A stretch of 64,000 bases of DNA from Eledone cirrhosa (lineage: Eukaryota). The stretch is taken from positions 49,104,001 to 49,168,000 of the forward strand of contig OZ024742.1 of the NCBI GenBank assembly GCA_964016885.1, in the 5' to 3' direction. The notes beneath the pieces were generated by a model. It was not told the DNA's origin, did no database searches, and saw nothing but the letters and a program-made list of their open reading frames with translations. The number at the start of each line of letters is the position of its first letter. Positions within the stretch are counted from its first letter, which is position 1. Shown here in pieces: positions 41,002 to 55,748 of this stretch. The translations under genes and the position numbers were made by a program.

Positions 41002-42885
41002 TTGGTGAAATCTGACAAGACCAACAACCTCTATGGCGTGCAAAAAGACATGTATAATGGCCTCATACTGAAAGAACTGAGGAAAAAGTACAAGGTAGCA
41101 GATAAGGCCGAGCTTGAGAAAATGAATGTTGAAGCATCTTGTATAATGCATGAGTTGGAAATTGAGAACAGAACACAACCTTTCGTGCCCAGGAAACCGA
41201 AGATCAATATGAAAGATCACAAAAGAAATTTTGAAAATGACCTGCCAGTCAGATTGATTGCACCATCAAAATCTGACCTGGGTAAACTAAGCAAAAACAT
41301 TCTAGACAGGGTGATACAGCAAATTAAAAACTTGAATTGTTTACCTAACTTGAGCTTGTGGAAGGGAACTGGAGAGGTTGTTGAGTGGTTTAAAGAAATT
41401 AAATATAACAATAATAATAAATTTATTCAACTAGATATTGCTAACTATTATTCATCTATTACCCCTAATCTACTAAATAAGGCACTAAATTACGCATTCA
41501 AACATACAGACCTAACTAGCAATGAAATGCACATTATATTATCGGCTAGGAAAACATTGATAGAATTTAATGACCAACTATGGACCAGAGCAGATAGAGA
41601 TAACAATTTCGACATTACTATGGGATCATCCGACTCAGCTCAGGTAACTGACCTTGTGGGCCTATTTATAATCAATTCGCTGCATAGGAAAATACCCGGT
41701 GCTACCGAAGGTTTATATAGAGATGACATGCTTTTACTTATTGAAAATAATAACTCTGAACTAAATAGAAAAAGAAAACAAATTACACAATTTTTTAATT
41801 ACTTTAATCTAAAAATAGAAATTGAGAATAACGATAGAATAGTCAATTTCCTAGATGTAACATTAAATCTCAACACATGTCTTCACTATCCATTTCACAA
41901 GTTGAATGAAAACTTAAACTATGTCAGTTTTAACTCTAACCACCCCAGATCTGTTAAAAATACTATAGTAAACTCTGTTCAAAAACGTATCTCTAGAATT
42001 TCATCTAATAAAAAGATTTTCGACGAAAAAGCCCAGTATTACAATGAAGCGTTAGCTAGAGCAGGATATAGTGATAAAATTATGTACATAGATAATAATA
42101 GACAAACTAACCAAAATAACAACAAGTTTAATTACGGCAACAACTTTAACAACTATAATAGAAAGCATTACAATAATTCCAAAAGCCAAAAAAGAAATAG
42201 AACTAGGAATATAATATGGTTTGCCCCCCCTTTCTCACTAAACATTAAAACCCACATCGCTAAACTATTTTTTAATGCTCTTGATAATCGCTTCCCTAGA
42301 ACACATAGGTATCACTCAATTTTCAATAGACATACTATAAAATTAACTTACTCATCCACCAAAAATTTAGCACAAAATATTAATAGAATAAATAATAGGA
42401 ATTTAAAACCTAGCCAAAATACCGATAATAGCATAAATAATATCCAAGTAAACAAATGTAACTGTAGAGATAGATCTAAATGTCCGTTAAATAACAATTG
42501 CTTAGTTAAAAATATAATATACAACTGTAATGTTAAAACGGACTTAAATTCTTTTAACTATGTTGGTTCCACCTCGACAGAATTTAAACTTCGCTATAAT
42601 AACCACAAGAATTCTTTCACAGATCCAAGCAAAAAATCTTCAACATCACTATCAGGTTTACTCTGGCAACTTAAGCATGATAACGTTGGATATTCGACGG
42701 CTTGGAATATAGTCTCAAGAGGGATTCCTTTTAATTCATCCTCTGAGACATGTGACCTCTGCGCGGAGGAGATATTCTTTATACTAAAATCTAAAAATTC
42801 CCTTAATTTACGGACAAATTTATTCAGTTGCTGCAGACATAGATTGAACTCAACTTTTAAATATAAATATAAATTTAAAATGTAG
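41002..42885 (+). CDS. PLE reverse transcriptase + GIY-YIG endonuclease (N-terminally truncated, otherwise open)
   Basis: SDKTNNLY, LDIANYYSSI, MGSSDSAQ, LYRDD, NFLDVTL, CNCRDRSKCPLNNNC, IIY...YVGSTSTEFKLRYNNH, CDLC...CCRH. Confidence 0.9.
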   Translation: MVKSDKTNNLYGVQKDMYNGLILKELRKKYKVADKAELEKMNVEASCIMHELEIENRTQPFVPRKPKINMKDHKRNFENDLPVRLIAPSKSDLGKLSKNILDRVIQQIKNLNCLPNLSLWKGTGEVVEWFKEIKYNNNNKFIQLDIANYYSSITPNLLNKALNYAFKHTDLTSNEMHIILSARKTLIEFNDQLWTRADRDNNFDITMGSSDSAQVTDLVGLFIINSLHRKIPGATEGLYRDDMLLLIENNNSELNRKRKQITQFFNYFNLKIEIENNDRIVNFLDVTLNLNTCLHYPFHKLNENLNYVSFNSNHPRSVKNTIVNSVQKRISRISSNKKIFDEKAQYYNEALARAGYSDKIMYIDNNRQTNQNNNKFNYGNNFNNYNRKHYNNSKSQKRNRTRNIIWFAPPFSLNIKTHIAKLFFNALDNRFPRTHRYHSIFNRHTIKLTYSSTKNLAQNINRINNRNLKPSQNTDNSINNIQVNKCNCRDRSKCPLNNNCLVKNIIYNCNVKTDLNSFNYVGSTSTEFKLRYNNHKNSFTDPSKKSSTSLSGLLWQLKHDNVGYSTAWNIVSRGIPFNSSSETCDLCAEEIFFILKSKNSLNLRTNLFSCCRHRLNSTFKYKYKFKM

Positions 42886-43509
42886 TATATTTACTTTGAT
42901 TTATAATTATTTATGAAACTCGCCGATAAATCTTTCGATTTCTTTTTATTTTAAACATTCTTCATGAATAATTTAAACTACCCTAAAAGCTGATGCTCCA
43001 AATATATCGAATAAATTTTACACTAGATAAACTTCTATATTAAATATAAGACCATCTGTAGATCAAACGGGTATCCTAAACTTTTGGAATGATTTCTGCT
43101 AGACAGGATTTGGTGAATAATTTTGGTTTTGTTTGCTTTTGATTCTGATGCTTATAACGAACTTGGCAATATATTGTCAATTAACTTTTGAAGGGTTGAT
43201 CTCTGTGGTTGATTTGCGGGGCATATTGTGTTTTATTTTTAATATTTTTAATTTTTTGATATTTTTATTGATATATTGATATCTGTTCTTTATTTATGCT
43301 TGAACGATAATCATGTAGAGTAAAGAAAAGAATAGTATTGTTAAAATTAATGTAGATTCTATATATATTTGTATGTATGTACACATATATGTATACTAGA
43401 ATTTTTATAGCACAATGAGAATGTTTTCATGTGAAATAGGAATTTGCAGAGTTGATCACGTAAATTCACATGGAAGTCTATAGTATAGAATCTGGGATAA
43501 CCTTCTATT

Positions 43510-43695
43510 TTCTTTTTCTTTTTCTTTTTCTTTTTCTTTTTCTTTTTCTTTTTCTTTTTCTTTTTCTTTTTCTTTTTCTTTTTTCATGAAAGTGCATATA
43601 TACTTATGTATTTCAAGTTTTTTATCTCAGTATTTTTATCTCAGTTTTTTTATCTCAGTTTTTTATCTCAGTTTTTTATCTCAGTTTTATCTCAA
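43510..43695. repeat. (TTTTTC)n and (TnATCTCAG)n tandem repeats
   Basis: Visible periodicity. Confidence 0.85.
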
Positions 43696-44018
43696 CTCTG
43701 AATTTTAAACTAGACATATGATCATTATTTTTCACACATTATTGATACGTGTCTCATTCATGAATACTGATATTTACATTATAATACCTAATTCTTACAT
43801 TGATGAAACATAATGTTTTAAATCTGCCTCGTTTATGTCTGGATATTTTCTTTTCTCTCTATGTAACGGCTGTTTTCTCTCCTAACCACATATATATCTC
43901 TCTACCTTAATACTAGAACTAAATAAATAAATAAATAAATAAATAAATATATCATTGATACGTCATTCAACTGGTGCCCAACTACCTATTTTCTTTTTCT
44001 TTCTCTCTATCTATATTT

Positions 44019-44066
<48 letters not shown>

Positions 44067-44312
44067 CTGTGTTTTTTTCCTCTCTCTATATATTTCTCTC
44101 TGTTTCTTTACATGAATTTCTTCTCTCTATCTATCTCTCTATATCTATCTCTCTCTATTTAGTTGCATGCATTTCTTCTTTTTCTTCGCTTTTTTCTTTC
44201 TTTCTTTTTATAACTGTCCCTAACATTTTTCACTACCAAATCAACTTTTTAAATGGAAGATGAAGTTGAAAGGTATGTCAAATCTATCTATTTATAAGAC
44301 TGTTTATATTGT

Positions 44313-44376
44313 ATTTTGTCTGAAGAAGGCATACCATATTTTTAATGTGATATCCCTGAAATATATATAATGAAAT
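44313..44376 (+). ncRNA. Type-I hammerhead ribozyme in PLE pLTR
   Basis: ATTTTGT|CTGAAGA|AGG...CCT|GAAATATATATA^ATGAAAT; identical inverted copy at 37721-37784. Confidence 0.8.
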
Positions 44377-44493
44377 AAATATGGTTTTATAAATATAGTT
44401 TCCATTTATTTAATATCGTATATATATATATATATATATATTAATATTAATTCAAAATATTAATAAATATAGACATTCATTTAATCAAAATAT

Positions 44494-44557
44494 ATTTTAT
44501 TATATATATTTCGGAGGTCCTGTGCTGTTTTTTCAGTACAACCTCATCCGATAAAAT
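44494..44557 (-). ncRNA. Hammerhead ribozyme (U4G variant)
   Basis: ATTTTAT|CGGATGA|GG...CC|GAAATATATATA^ATAAAAT; perfect 7-bp stem I; adjacent inverted repeat 44558-44617 / 44665-44722. Confidence 0.65.
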
Positions 44558-44724
44558 ATATAAACTTCACTGTTGAGTGCTTCTAATCTATTATAAAACT
44601 ATATTCATTGATTAATATATATATATATATATATATATAACCAAACGTTAATCGAGGTTCATTGATTAATCATTGAATATAGTTTTACAATAGATTAGAA
44701 GCACTCAACAGTAAGTTTATATCT

Positions 44725-45883
44725 TTTAAACTCTATTTCTAAAGGAATATCTAATAGAATCTCTAATCTATCATATAATGAAACCATATTTAACAATAAT
44801 TCACAATACTATAATGAGGCCTTAGCTAAATCAGAGCATAAGTATGGGATTGAATTCCTACCTATAAAATCACATAGTTACAACATTATTTCTCATAATA
44901 TGGCTATGAGGAAAAATAATAAAAGCACTAGCCACTATAACTCTAAGACGAAGGGTAATACCAAACTTAACTCGCACCAAAGTAAACACCACGATAACAA
45001 TATAAACAGGGATACAAATACCTAAAAAAAGATTACTAAAAACAAAAATAGAAGAACTAATACATTCTTCAACCACCCTTTCAATCTAAACGTCTCTACC
45101 AACTTGCCTAAGGCTTTCTTCTCAATCTTAGGAAAAAACTTCCCATCCGGCCACATGTACCATAATCTTATCAATAAAAATACCATTAAAATCTCGTACT
45201 CCACCACACCTAACATAGCATACCATATAGCTAGTAGTAATAAAAGGAAGATTAATAATTATTTCCAACTAATTAAAACACAACAGGAGGTAAACTTAGT
45301 ACCTGTAAACCATAGTAGTAATAATAGTAATAATGATAATAGCACTAATGAAATCAATAACAATACGAATGACAGACATCATTACCCTAGTGCTATCCCT
45401 AGCAACCAGAATGATTCACAACATAGTAACCGGCAAGCTAACATCCAGAATAAATGTAACTGTAGAACTAATAGAACTTGCCCCTTATGTAATAATTGCT
45501 TAACCAAAGACATCATCTACTCATACACCGTCAACGCAAATAACTCTTCTAAAACATATATCGGCTCTACTTCGAACAGCTTCAAGGCGAGAAACAACTC
45601 GCACCTCCACTCTTTCAAAAAACACAATCTAGCCAACTCCACTTCTTTATCTAGCTACGTACACACTCTGAAAACTAGCAATATACCATTTACACTGCAA
45701 TGGGAAGTAGTAGGTAGGTCCTCATCGGATAAACCACCGAATAAATTGTGTAATCTCTGTCTTCTGGAGACCCATACTATAATCATTTTGAAACTAGACC
45801 TCCTTAATAGAAAGACAGAAACATTTTCCTCGTTCCAACACCGATACCGTCACTCGTTCCATAACTTTAAACCTAGCTGTTAG
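44725..45883 (+). pseudogene. Second Naiad-like PLE: RT C-terminus and GIY-YIG remnant
   Basis: GISNRISNLS..YYNEALAKS; CNCRTNRTCPLCNNC; IIY...TYIGSTSNSFKAR; CNLC. Confidence 0.85.
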
Positions 45884-46169
45884 TATATATCAATGTCAGA
45901 TTTGAATTGCCCACCACCATTAACACTTCACATCTAGGACTTATCAGCCCCCACAGCTACACACTCTTTGATCAGCTCTTTCCTCTACACAACTCCTATG
46001 TATCTCTAACCTTATACTCTGTAATAACTGTTAGAATTAAACATAAAGTTACCACCTTTTGATATAACTACTATAGCTTGATTATATTATATACAGTAAT
46101 GGATATTTAGTATGTAGAGACATTTAATGTAATATGTAATAATAAACTATATATACATTTATAATTATA

Positions 46170-46939
46170 CTAGCAGAATGGCCCGGCGTTACTCGGGATT
46201 TGCTATAGGGTTCTTATATATTTGATATATATTTATCCTTATCGAACCTCGTGAAATAAATACGTTTGTTTATATTTTGTTATTGTGTATGCAAAAATAT
46301 CTGTCCATAAATATATAATTATATATATATATTAAAATAACAGACTAAAGTTTAAGCAAAGAATCACTGCTTTCACCCTTAACGGGATATTCTACCTAAA
46401 AGTACACTAAGACTAATTGATGTAATATTTGGCCTTGTTTGTTTATATTTTGTTTTTGTGTATGCAAAAATAACTGTACATGAATATCTATATTAAAATA
46501 ACATATTCATGTTTAAGCTAAGAATCGCTACTTTCAACCTTAACGGGATCTTCTTAAACTAAAAAATTCAATCTGGAAAACAGGAAGACGATACTTTGGT
46601 TCGTGAAGACGTTCCCTGGCATAAGAATATATATATACACACACACTGATCGCGTCATAATGACGTAATGCAGACAGTCAGGCATACAGACAGATATTAT
46701 GAAGGCGCGACGTCATATCTATGTATCTATCTAAAAAGAGAAAGACTAAGAGAAAGAGAAAGAGATCGCTAAATCCCCTAATGCTTTCCCTAGGGCATTA
46801 AAAATTTGAAATATTCTTTGCTCAAAACACTTCCGGGGTCATACGAGTTACATGTATAAAGTTTGAAAAAAAACGGTTGGGTACTTCTCGAGTTTTAGGG
46901 AAACAGACACACAGACATCCTCTGTTTTATATATATAGA
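46170..46939 (-). mobile_element. Non-autonomous Helitron
   Basis: Minus strand A|TCTATATATATAAAAC...CCCGAGTAACGCCGGG...CTAG|T; termini shared with 28832-29768 but different interior; interior fragments also at ~33190-33305. Confidence 0.85.
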
Positions 46940-47938
46940 TAATTAAATATTTAAATTAATAACATGTATAATAATAATAAAGTATATATACATTTATAAT
47001 TAAATATATAATGTAATAGCATTGTTTATAAGGGATTAACTTTTAAAACAATAATGTATATTATTACACAAAGATATATCTATTTGGACATATAAACAGC
47101 TATACAATTTTCCATAACATATATCTTGTCCAGTAATGAATAGATAACAATCTAACGGGACCTTTAATGTATTATAATAAAATACACTGTATTTAAAATC
47201 AAGTATAAATATATAGTATTATGTAATAGAGATTCAATTGTATCACATCATAATGTGTATTAGAGCAAATAATTAAAATAACTGAATTTAATTAACTAGT
47301 TACCCCCCCCCCCCTTACGCTTTAGCTCCCCTTACTCACTTCCGGAAATTAACCGTTGGAAAATCTACCTGTTGAACAACTATAGTCCATGAATAAGAAT
47401 ACAATAAGACTAATTTACAATCCATTGCTTTAACTAACTTAAAACATTCAATATAAACATTAACTAAAATATAATTCAACATATGTAATGGAAAAGACTG
47501 CAATAACTTTGTTCTTCTCAACACACACAAATTCAAACACTATCAACATACTACATCCACCATAGAATTTAATATATTAACATATTTATTTATCTATATA
47601 TGCATAATAACTTTGCTCATTTCCTTCTCATATATATGACTAACGCATGTGCACTTTCTACACTCCTGCATATGTATTGCTAATGTACTCTTTCTTTCTC
47701 AGAGCTCCTTTCTCAATGCCTCTTTAATTATTAGACTATTCTCTTGTATTATCTGTTGCGTGTATTCCACTTTGTGCTTTTAATTTGAATTTGAATTTTT
47801 GTACAATTCTCGTAAAATATATGTCACATCCATTCCACCCTGTAAATACGAAACTGTTGCTCACAACATCAATATATATGTATCTATATTATTGTTCAGT
47901 TGAATAGGAGGTTAATTATATGTACAAACATTGATAAT

Positions 47939-47982
47939 GCTCCGATGAATCCAAATGAGAGTTTGGAAAAACGATTGTCAGC
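47939..47982 (+). ncRNA. Decayed hammerhead (G12 lost)
   Basis: GCT|CCGATGA|ATCCAAA TGAGAG TTTGGA|AAAAC GATT GTC^AGC. Confidence 0.45.
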
Positions 47983-48317
47983 TATTAAATGATTTGAACA
48001 CAACTTTGATAATTGTCTAATTTATTTATTTCCTGCTCTGTAAAACAACTGATGTTCTTACATTGAGCTATTTCTCTTACTGTTAATAAGGTAGTAGGAA
48101 ATTACTGACCTTTCCTGTTTACAGTTGTTTATAGTATATACATAACTATAACTAGTATTATTATGATTATATATATATATATATATAGTGGTAGAACACT
48201 GGAAGGTAATATCCGTAGTGGTAGAGCACTCAGTCCATGGCACGAGTTAGGTAGAAGTGGTTACACAACAGTTAGTTCCCCATGCCGAGAACAATAATTG
48301 TTTCACCTTAGATGATC

Positions 48318-48408
<91 letters not shown>

Positions 48409-48779
48409 GAGAGAGGTGGGGGGGAGATTACTCTATACTAATTTTATTTTACTTTATTTTACATCTTCAATGATACCACTGTTGATACTCTGTGGTTTTG
48501 TTTCAATGTAGGGATAATACTTCTTTCGGATATTTTCTAGTCACACTGCTTTTTGTTTAAGTACTTTTCTTTAATTCTAGGGAAAATTCTAGAGTAATCG
48601 CCTAGAATCTGATCAAGCAAAGGAATGAACAAAGGTGAAGAAAGCTCCGTTCGGTCATGCTGGTGGTTTTAATGTGAGTGTGTGTCTGAAACATATATAT
48701 ATATATACACCATGTCCGAAAACAAAGCAACCAAACTCCCACTGTCACTGGCTCCGTCCTCCCCGCTCTCCCCATCTCT

Positions 48780-49152
48780 TACTTTATGAGCAAATGGGGG
48801 CGCAGAATATAGATGGCATTTCCCCTGAGGATGGTGAGGGAGACGCACTAGAAGAAACCATTCCAGTTCGTGAGTCTCACACCTGCATGTAGGCAACACC
48901 GTGACGATGGTGGTGAGTAGAAAGGTGGCTCTAGGGCCAAGTACACAAGAAGTTTCTACAGCTATGGGCTTAACAGCAAACCTGTCGGAGATCGACCGAT
49001 ATTTGGAGAATCTATCCCCCGCGGCTCGAAGTGCAGCAGAGCATGGATTAGTCACAGACTGCACCAGGTTTCCGTTGGAGGATGTGTCGCTGCATGTGGC
49101 ATTTCAGATGTGGGGTTTACCACCGCAGAACGGGAAGATGGTCATGCCGTCT
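48780..49152 (-). mobile_element. CRE-like RLE retrotransposon 3' remnant
   Basis: DGMTIFPFCGGKP, KYRSISDRFAVKPIAVETSCVLG, ELEWF; homologous to 14130-14420. Confidence 0.75.
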
Positions 49153-50388
49153 TATGTATCTTTCTGAAACAGAACCCGTGGTGTACTTAATAACTGACCC
49201 TTATATCTCTATAAACTAGAGATTGATTTCGACTGAATCTCTTTCTTTTTTCATTGTTTAGGCTACTTTTTTCTGATAATGGAGTGCTTCACTGACAAGC
49301 CTTAGCTCCTCTTTGGAGTTCATCCATTTCTAATCATGAGTTCCTTTTTATTACTTTCTCCAAACTTCATTTCTATTTTATATTTCTGGGGGTTATTTTT
49401 TTTTGGGGGGGGGGGGTTACGACAAGTGTAGTATTTGGTGTATTGCATGTACTAAGCATAGCCACATGACAAATACACTTCCGTATATCAACGATCTAAT
49501 CTGGTTAATCACTTATAGCACTATTTTAATGAGTCTTTTAAGATCAACAAATGTTGCTTGATGGCGTGATATATGCATAAAGTATTATTAAGTGTTGTGA
49601 CTCATTAAACTGCAAAAAATAAGAATTGGTGTTTTTTGAAATGCGTCATAAGAGATACATTTCAATTGTTTGGATTCGGTCTTTCTCAGTTTGTTGTACA
49701 CTTATTATGGTTACCGTCATTTTATGTTGAAGCAGGTAGGATATTGATAGTTGCAGTAAGGTCGGATGTGACACAAAAGTGTCAAATTTGTTATTGATAA
49801 GCCTGTTGAAAAGGAATATTCGTGTAATATCATTTCTGAATATTTCACACTTTTGAAAATGATACTATACACATAATTCTTTGGAATGATATTACTAACA
49901 TTGACACTGGCAATCACAAAAGTTATTTGATGGTGTGATATTTGTTGTGAAATATTTCAGCTCTGGATAAAGTTCGCCCCTGTATAATGTTCTTCTATCA
50001 ATATAGCCAACAGAAGGATCTTCTTTTGTCATTTTATTTCAATTAAATAAATCGTTACTGAATTCATAACGTTCTTTAAAATAAGATTTATACCGTAGCT
50101 ATAACTAAAAAAGAGTGTATTTAATATTCTCGAGGTTGTCTTGCTTCGATTCTTCATCAGGGCTTTGATGTTATCGAGTTCAACCATGTTGTTTGTAGCA
50201 AATCCCTGCATGGTGATTTCAAGTGTGAGACGAATATCACCCCGATCTGCCTAAAAGGTGTTGTCAATGAACGTGATCAGAAAAATAACCAGTTGATTAA
50301 CAAGAGTGATAGTTTTGGTATTAATGCTGATGATAGCCGTTTTCTTAAATTCAATTATCCTCCACGTCAAATGTATGGCTACTCGTTT

Positions 50389-50620
<232 letters not shown>

Positions 50621-51347
50621 TGTTTGTTTGTATATATTTATGTGTGGATGGATGTACGGATGTAAGTATGCATATATACATACATTCAATCATTCATTCA
50701 TACTTACGTGTCTGTATGTATGAAATGTAGCTGACCTTCTTCATAGACGTCGATCAGTTATTCCAAATGAATGAAAAATTCACACCCACTCTCAGTGACA
50801 AAACAGTCTGAGCTGCCTGAGTGATGTACGTAGGTCAAGTGGATTTCTTTTTTCAATTGATCCTCACCGGATATTTAGTGAACTTTTATTCGCTAAGCTG
50901 TTGTTAAGCACAGGAGACTCGCTATACTTTTCCCGGAAATGAATTGAATTTAAACAGCGTAAACTAAGAATTCACTTGTCGATTTTACAATTGTTGCCTA
51001 ACTCGATCATTCTGTAATACCTGTTTAAAGCAAAGTAAACTAGAATGTTAGTATGTCAATAGTTTCAGTGACAAGCTATCAAGGCAAAGTTGCTAACCTC
51101 GATAATATACACACTTTCTCTTTTTTGACAAATAAAAAAAATACAATAGGCCACATATATTTTTACTGGGGTGAAGCTTTGATGAGAATGTGCCACCAAT
51201 AATCTTCGTATCGATATGTATGTAATGTGTGGGAGATGGCGCAGCAAAGTTTAAAGAAGTATATATAGAGAGAGAAAGAGAGAGACAGAAAGTGAGAAAG
51301 AGAGAGAGATAGATAGATAGAGACAGAGAGAGAAAGATAGATAGATA

Positions 51348-51836
<489 letters not shown>

Positions 51837-52009
51837 CAAATAGAAGCAGCGAGCTAAACAGTTAGTGAAGAGTTGGTTCATATACAAGACAAGGGACGAA
51901 TAAATAGGAGCCGCGGCATGGATGCCCTGAGCACAATAAAATAATAGTAACCGATATAGAAAGATAGAACAAGCGAAATAGGTAGTTAGATAGACAGACA
52001 GACAGACAA

Positions 52010-52067
<58 letters not shown>

Positions 52068-52303
52068 TTCTTTATTAGCCACAGGGGCACAAAAGAAGGG
52101 GACAAATACAAAGAGGGAAGTTTACATACAATAAAAACGTGTAAAATGTTATCACAGATGGAATTTAAAAGTTAGTCGATTTTCCCCAGTAGGGGAGACA
52201 GTTTATATGGGTAACACATACCCCCGAAAAAAAATGTGCAACCCTCATCTCCAGGAGTACGAAGAGCTTGTACTCCTTTCCTCTCCTCCTCCTTTTCCTC
52301 AAC

Positions 52304-55300
52304 CTACAGGCTGATATAGAGAGAAGGCCCATTCACTCGGGCCATTCTCGCCACTTTCACCCACCTTTCATAAAACTTGCTGGGGTACAGCACCTCTCTC
52401 TCCATCCTGATTCTTCTTCCAAAGTGGTATTTGAAAAAAAGAATCAGTTGTTGGCCGGAGAGAAAGGTGTCTGACCTCAGCCCTTTCAACCTTGTCTACC
52501 ATACAACCTGTTTCGCCATAGCTATCACACAAAGGAAAACCGCCTCTCCTTCGTTTTTGAAGGAGGGTAGCGGTTTGATCATGACAATGGACTCGGTGGT
52601 CAACCGGATTGGTCCCACCCGCGACAATAGTCGTTCTACATAGCCCCACAGGTCAGTGACGCCCGGGCAGTGTATGAATGCGTGCGCGACGGTTTCTTCG
52701 TCTCGCACGCACCTCGGACAGATCTTTTTCGCAGGGTCCCTGCCCGGGCGCCCATGTCTGTAGAGTTTGTCTCGAACTGGTAGAGCTCCTCGGTAGCACT
52801 GCCAGGCCAGGGACTTTTTGAAGTTGTCCATCGGTCCCGGGTGGAAGGTCCTACCGAAGAGACTGGCCAGTTCATCTTCCTCTACGCCTAGAGTTTCACC
52901 GAGCGCGTCGTCGCACTTTCTGAGGATCAACCCTCTATAGAATGACGAAGTAGATACTCCACTGATCGCCGGGTCCGCCTGCCAGAGGGCTGTGAGCGCC
53001 TGGGCACATTCGATGTGCCAGTCGCCAATTTTCCTCGGTCTTTGCTTGACCCAGGACTGCAGCTCGGTCAGCGAGACGAGTCGTGGGAAGGCTCGCCTCA
53101 CGAACGGGGCCCACACCGGTTGTCCGGTGAGGAATACGTAGAGATGCCGCAGCCTGAGCGCGTGTTTGCGCATCGTCAACCACGGCATCCCCAGCCCTCC
53201 GTTAGAAGGGTGTTGGCAGCAGATGGATCTTCTCACCAAAGGAGCCCGCCTCTTCCAAAGGAATTGGAAGAGCGCGCGTTCCATTTTGGCGAGCGTTTTG
53301 GCTGGACAAGGCATGACAGTCAAGCGGTAGTAGATGGCGGACGCTATAAAAGTGTTCGCCACCTCCGCTCGACCTTTCAAGGATAGTTTGCACTCGGCCC
53401 ACTTCTGGGTGAGTGCAAACACCTTGGCCGTCACTTCGTTCCAGTTCTTCTCCACCTGGAGGTCCGGACCAAACTAGACCCCGAGCAGCTTTACCGGTCC
53501 TTCCGTCCAGCGTCCGACGACGCCATCGGAAGGCATCGGTTTGCCTCTCCACGATCCGAGTTGCAAACCGATGGACTTGTCCCGGTTCAGCTTCGCTCCT
53601 GTGAAACATTCGTATTCCTTCAGTAACGTGCCGACTTCATCGATTTGGGAAGCGGTCCACACCATTACTGTCACGTCGTCGGCGTAGGCCGACGCCGCTT
53701 TCCGCAGTCCCGGTTCCAGAGGGATGTCCTACAATAGCAGTAGTGGCTCGAGAGTCAGTACGTACAGAAGGGAGGAGAGAGGGCATCCCTGTCGAATGGA
53801 TCGCGTAATATGGAACGGCTCCGAGAGGTAGCCGTTCACCTTGACCCTTGAGCAGATCTTGCTGTTGTGCATTGCAGCAATCCAGCCCCTGAACACGGGT
53901 CCGAAGCCTGCCGCCTCGAGCACCGCATCCAGGTAACGATAGTCAACCCTATCGAAAGCCTTAGACTATCCAAGTTGATCAGGGCCCCACCGAAGCCGGG
54001 TTTACACCCTACCCTCTCTATGATGTATCGCATGAGGTGGAGCTTGTCGTGTATGGACCTGGTCGGGATTGCGCATGTCTGCGCTTCTCCCACCAGGTTC
54101 TCGACGACAAGCGCCAGCCTCTTTGCCAACACCTTGGCCAAAATCTGTAACTCTGTGTTTAGCAGAGTTATGGGCCGGAAGTTGCCTATGTCATCCCCCT
54201 TATTCTCGTCCTTCCAGATTAGTGTGACCACGCCCCCGGTTACAGAACTGGGAATTCTCCCGTTCTGTTACCAGTTGCAGTAGACCGCTTCCAGGAGACC
54301 GGAGAATAAGTCCGGCATTGCTACGTAAAATTCGTAGGGTAGACCGTCGAGACCTGGAGATATGCGTTTGACGCATTGGCTCATCGCGTCCCCTATCTCA
54401 GCGGCTGAAATCGGCTTTTCGCAGAACTTTGCCTCGCTGTCCGAGAGTCGCGGTAGGCCGTCGAGGTATGGACCAAAATCCATAACCCCTCCCGGCGCGC
54501 AGCCCCTCCCGAACAGTTGAGCAAAGTGCCGCTGAAAGGCCGCACACATCTGCTTCGGCTCACGTATCACGCGTACGTTTTGGTCCTTCAAAGACCGAAT
54601 CGTGGACTTGTTGCCACTTTTTGCCTCCGTCACTCGGGCCCAGCTAACAGCTTTGGCTCCCTCGTTTCCCAGAGCACTTATTTTTCTTCTGACAACGCAG
54701 CCCTCGGGCTTTGCGTCGAAGAACTGGTCCAAGGCCGTTCTCGTTGCTAGCACGCTGGCTACGTTTCCACTTCTAATTGCCTCTTCTACTTTATCTACCA
54801 GTTCCTTCTCGGTTCTATTTCTATCTAACGCTAATTCTTTACTAAAAATTATCGAGTCTAATCTAACTGCCCTCTTGAGAGAGTACCACCATCTGTTGTT
54901 GACAATGGCCCCTGTCAAGTGCTGTTTAACTAAAGTGCTAATCCGTCTACTGTAGGCTTTGCTTGTCGGTAACGACAAGTTCAGCTTCCAGTAGCCGAGT
55001 CCTTGTCTATGGGTTCTATCAAGGTTGGCCATGCAGGTCACTAGTTTGTGATCTGAATAGGCAACCATGAACATTTGTGGACAGCTTAACATGTCCCTAT
55101 CCTTATTTCTAACTAGAACCCTATCTAGGTACGATCTAGATGTTCCTCTACGATTACTCCACGTCCACAGTGGCGCAGTCGGAAAATCTAGTCGATATCT
55201 ATCGGCCAGGTCAAATCGGTCGATTAACTGTTTGAGGCTGTTACACCCCCCCCCCCTTTATCGGGACATGCTCCCACATAATCCCAACGTGCATCTAGGA

Positions 55301-55733
55301 TTCCATTCCAGTCCCCCACTAAAAGCAAGGAGCGGAACGTTCCCAGAAAAGTCTCTAGACGTTTGAAGAAGTCTGGCCGCGGTGTCCCGGATGGGGCATA
55401 TGCGGCCACCAGCCTGAAGGCTCCACCTTCACTACCGTCAACGTCTAGGACCACCAGTCGACCCTCCGGGTCCAGATGTACCGTCTGTGTTACGAGGCCC
55501 AGGTGTTTCCGCAGCAAAACGGCAAATCCGCCTCCACCCCCCGGTTGACAGAGAGATGCGTAGATCTCAAAGTCATCGAAGATGGGGGGCCAGCTGTCGC
55601 TCGCTGTGGATCCTGGACTGCAAATGGCTACCACATCCATACTGTGCGACCTAAGGTCGTTTAAGAGTTTGCCCTGTTTCCAGGGCATCCCCAGGCCGCG
55701 TACGTTCACACATCCAACTCTTATATTGGCCAT
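52304..55733 (-). pseudogene. Tx1-like ORF2 (APE endonuclease-RT-CCHC), several stops/frameshifts
   Basis: NVRGL, GRLVVL, YAP, GDWN, SDH, YWKLN, SPGLDG, RQGCPLS, YADD, CPRC...HAFIHC. Confidence 0.9.
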
Positions 55734-55748
55734 GTTGGTGCCGAAAAT

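Larger units (their letters stand above)
40915..44420 (+). mobile_element. Penelope-like element (Naiad-like), 5'-truncated, with long 3' pseudo-LTR
   Basis: RT+GIY-YIG ORF, HHR at 44313, ends in (TA)n, inverted pLTR copy upstream. Confidence 0.9.

Noticed and set aside
41002-42885. Selenoprotein-type Naiad (UGA at conserved Cys)
   Set aside because: Zinc-motif positions in the three Naiad-like ORFs are not encoded by TGA; no SECIS recognised
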